Shown in pieces: positions 48,902 to 49,605 of a DNA stretch of 49,605 bases (position 1 is its first letter; each line of letters starts with the position of its first letter). A program made the position numbers and the translations under genes. This DNA is from Candidatus Lindowbacteria bacterium RIFCSPLOWO2_12_FULL_62_27 (lineage in GTDB: Bacteria; Lindowbacteria; 2-12-FULL-62-27): the NCBI GenBank assembly GCA_001784175.1, contig MFPR01000023.1:1-49605 (forward strand), given 5' to 3'. The notes below the pieces were generated by a model. That model did not search any database. It was not told the origin of the DNA and saw only the letters and a program-made list of their open reading frames with translations.

Positions 48902-49605
48902 ATGATCGCCGAGGAAAAAGTTCTGGATGGGGGCTTTGTGCGCCTCCTGGAAGTCATGGGAGACGACCTGTCGGTGGTGCAGGGCGCGCGGGTGTCGTAC
49001 GGGCAGGGCAGCAAGGGCGATGAGAAGGACCGGAAGCTCTTGCGGTATTTGTACACGCACCGGCACACGTCGCCTTTCGAGATGGTGGAGTTCAAGTTTC
49101 ACATCCGATGCCCGATCTTTGTCGCCCGGCAATGGATGCGGCACAGGACTTGGAACTACAACGAGTATTCGATGCGGTACTCGCCGGCCATCACCGACTG
49201 CTACGTGCCGACGGCGTGGCGCGCGCAGGACGAAAAAAACAAGCAGGGGTCGGCCGTGCCGCTGGCGGACTTGGACAACCGCGCGCTTCTGGAAAAATAC
49301 AGGAACCACTGCGCCGCCGCCTTCGCGCTGTACGAAGAACTCATGTCCCACGAGGTCGCCCGCGAGATGGCGCGGATGGTCATCCCGGTCAGCACCTACA
49401 CCGAATTCTACGCGAAGGTCGATCTCAACAATCTGCTGAAATTTCTGCTTCTCCGCGACGACCCGCACGCCCAGTGGGAGATCCAGGAATACGCGCGCGC
49501 GATCAAAACCATGATCCAGTCTCATGTACCGTGGACCATCGAAATCTATGAGGAGATGCGTCAGAACGGAAATGGAAGTCCCAGTATCCCCCCTCTCCCG
49601 CCTCT
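48902..49605 (+). CDS. thyX: Flavin-dependent thymidylate synthase (runs off the window end; absent from the ORF track)
   Basis: Manual translation from ATG 48902 (SD GGAGG): MIAEEKVLDGGFVRL..ARVSY..HTSPFE..PIFVARQWMRHRTWNYNEYSMRY..AREMAR..LR.DPHAQWEI; no stop before 49605. Confidence 0.96.
   Translation, partial: MIAEEKVLDGGFVRLLEVMGDDLSVVQGARVSYGQGSKGDEKDRKLLRYLYTHRHTSPFEMVEFKFHIRCPIFVARQWMRHRTWNYNEYSMRYSPAITDCYVPTAWRAQDEKNKQGSAVPLADLDNRALLEKYRNHCAAAFALYEELMSHEVAREMARMVIPVSTYTEFYAKVDLNNLLKFLLLRDDPHAQWEIQEYARAIKTMIQSHVPWTIEIYEEMRQNGNGSPSIPPLPP

Noticed and set aside
48727-49095. N-terminal extension of purM (likewise purN to 47866, glnA to 41513, pullulanase from 32062)
   Set aside because: Upstream of the family-conserved starts and overlapping neighbouring genes or promoters.

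Overview
GC-rich bacterial chromosomal window with Shine-Dalgarno sites and sigma70-type promoters; the taxon cannot be fixed from the sequence. The first 20.5 kb (+ strand) is an accessory cell-surface locus with four secreted proteins: a ~2175-aa lamin-tail/Ig adhesin-like protein ending in a DUF11-like domain, a 2xFN3+discoidin protein, a 388-aa DUF11-type protein, and a ~3275-aa protein with 29 FN3-like repeats and a FlgD-Ig/T9SS-like C-terminal domain. Their complementary N- and C-terminal modules suggest a tip-shaft-anchor filament built by donor-strand complementation, possibly locked by isopeptide bonds (inference). Between the third and fourth gene lies ~1 kb of apparently non-coding, densely base-paired sequence that looks like a large structured RNA I cannot assign to a known class. 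The remainder is mostly housekeeping: nitrogen assimilation (gltBD, lrp-glnA-amtB-glnK), alpha-glucan metabolism (debranching enzyme, pullulanase, phosphorylase, GH13), signalling (SixA, adenylate cyclase with a cupredoxin-like partner, diguanylate cyclase), queC-like, thrH, purMNB, and a thyX that the ORF track missed. All calls come from reading motifs by eye; no searches were run.
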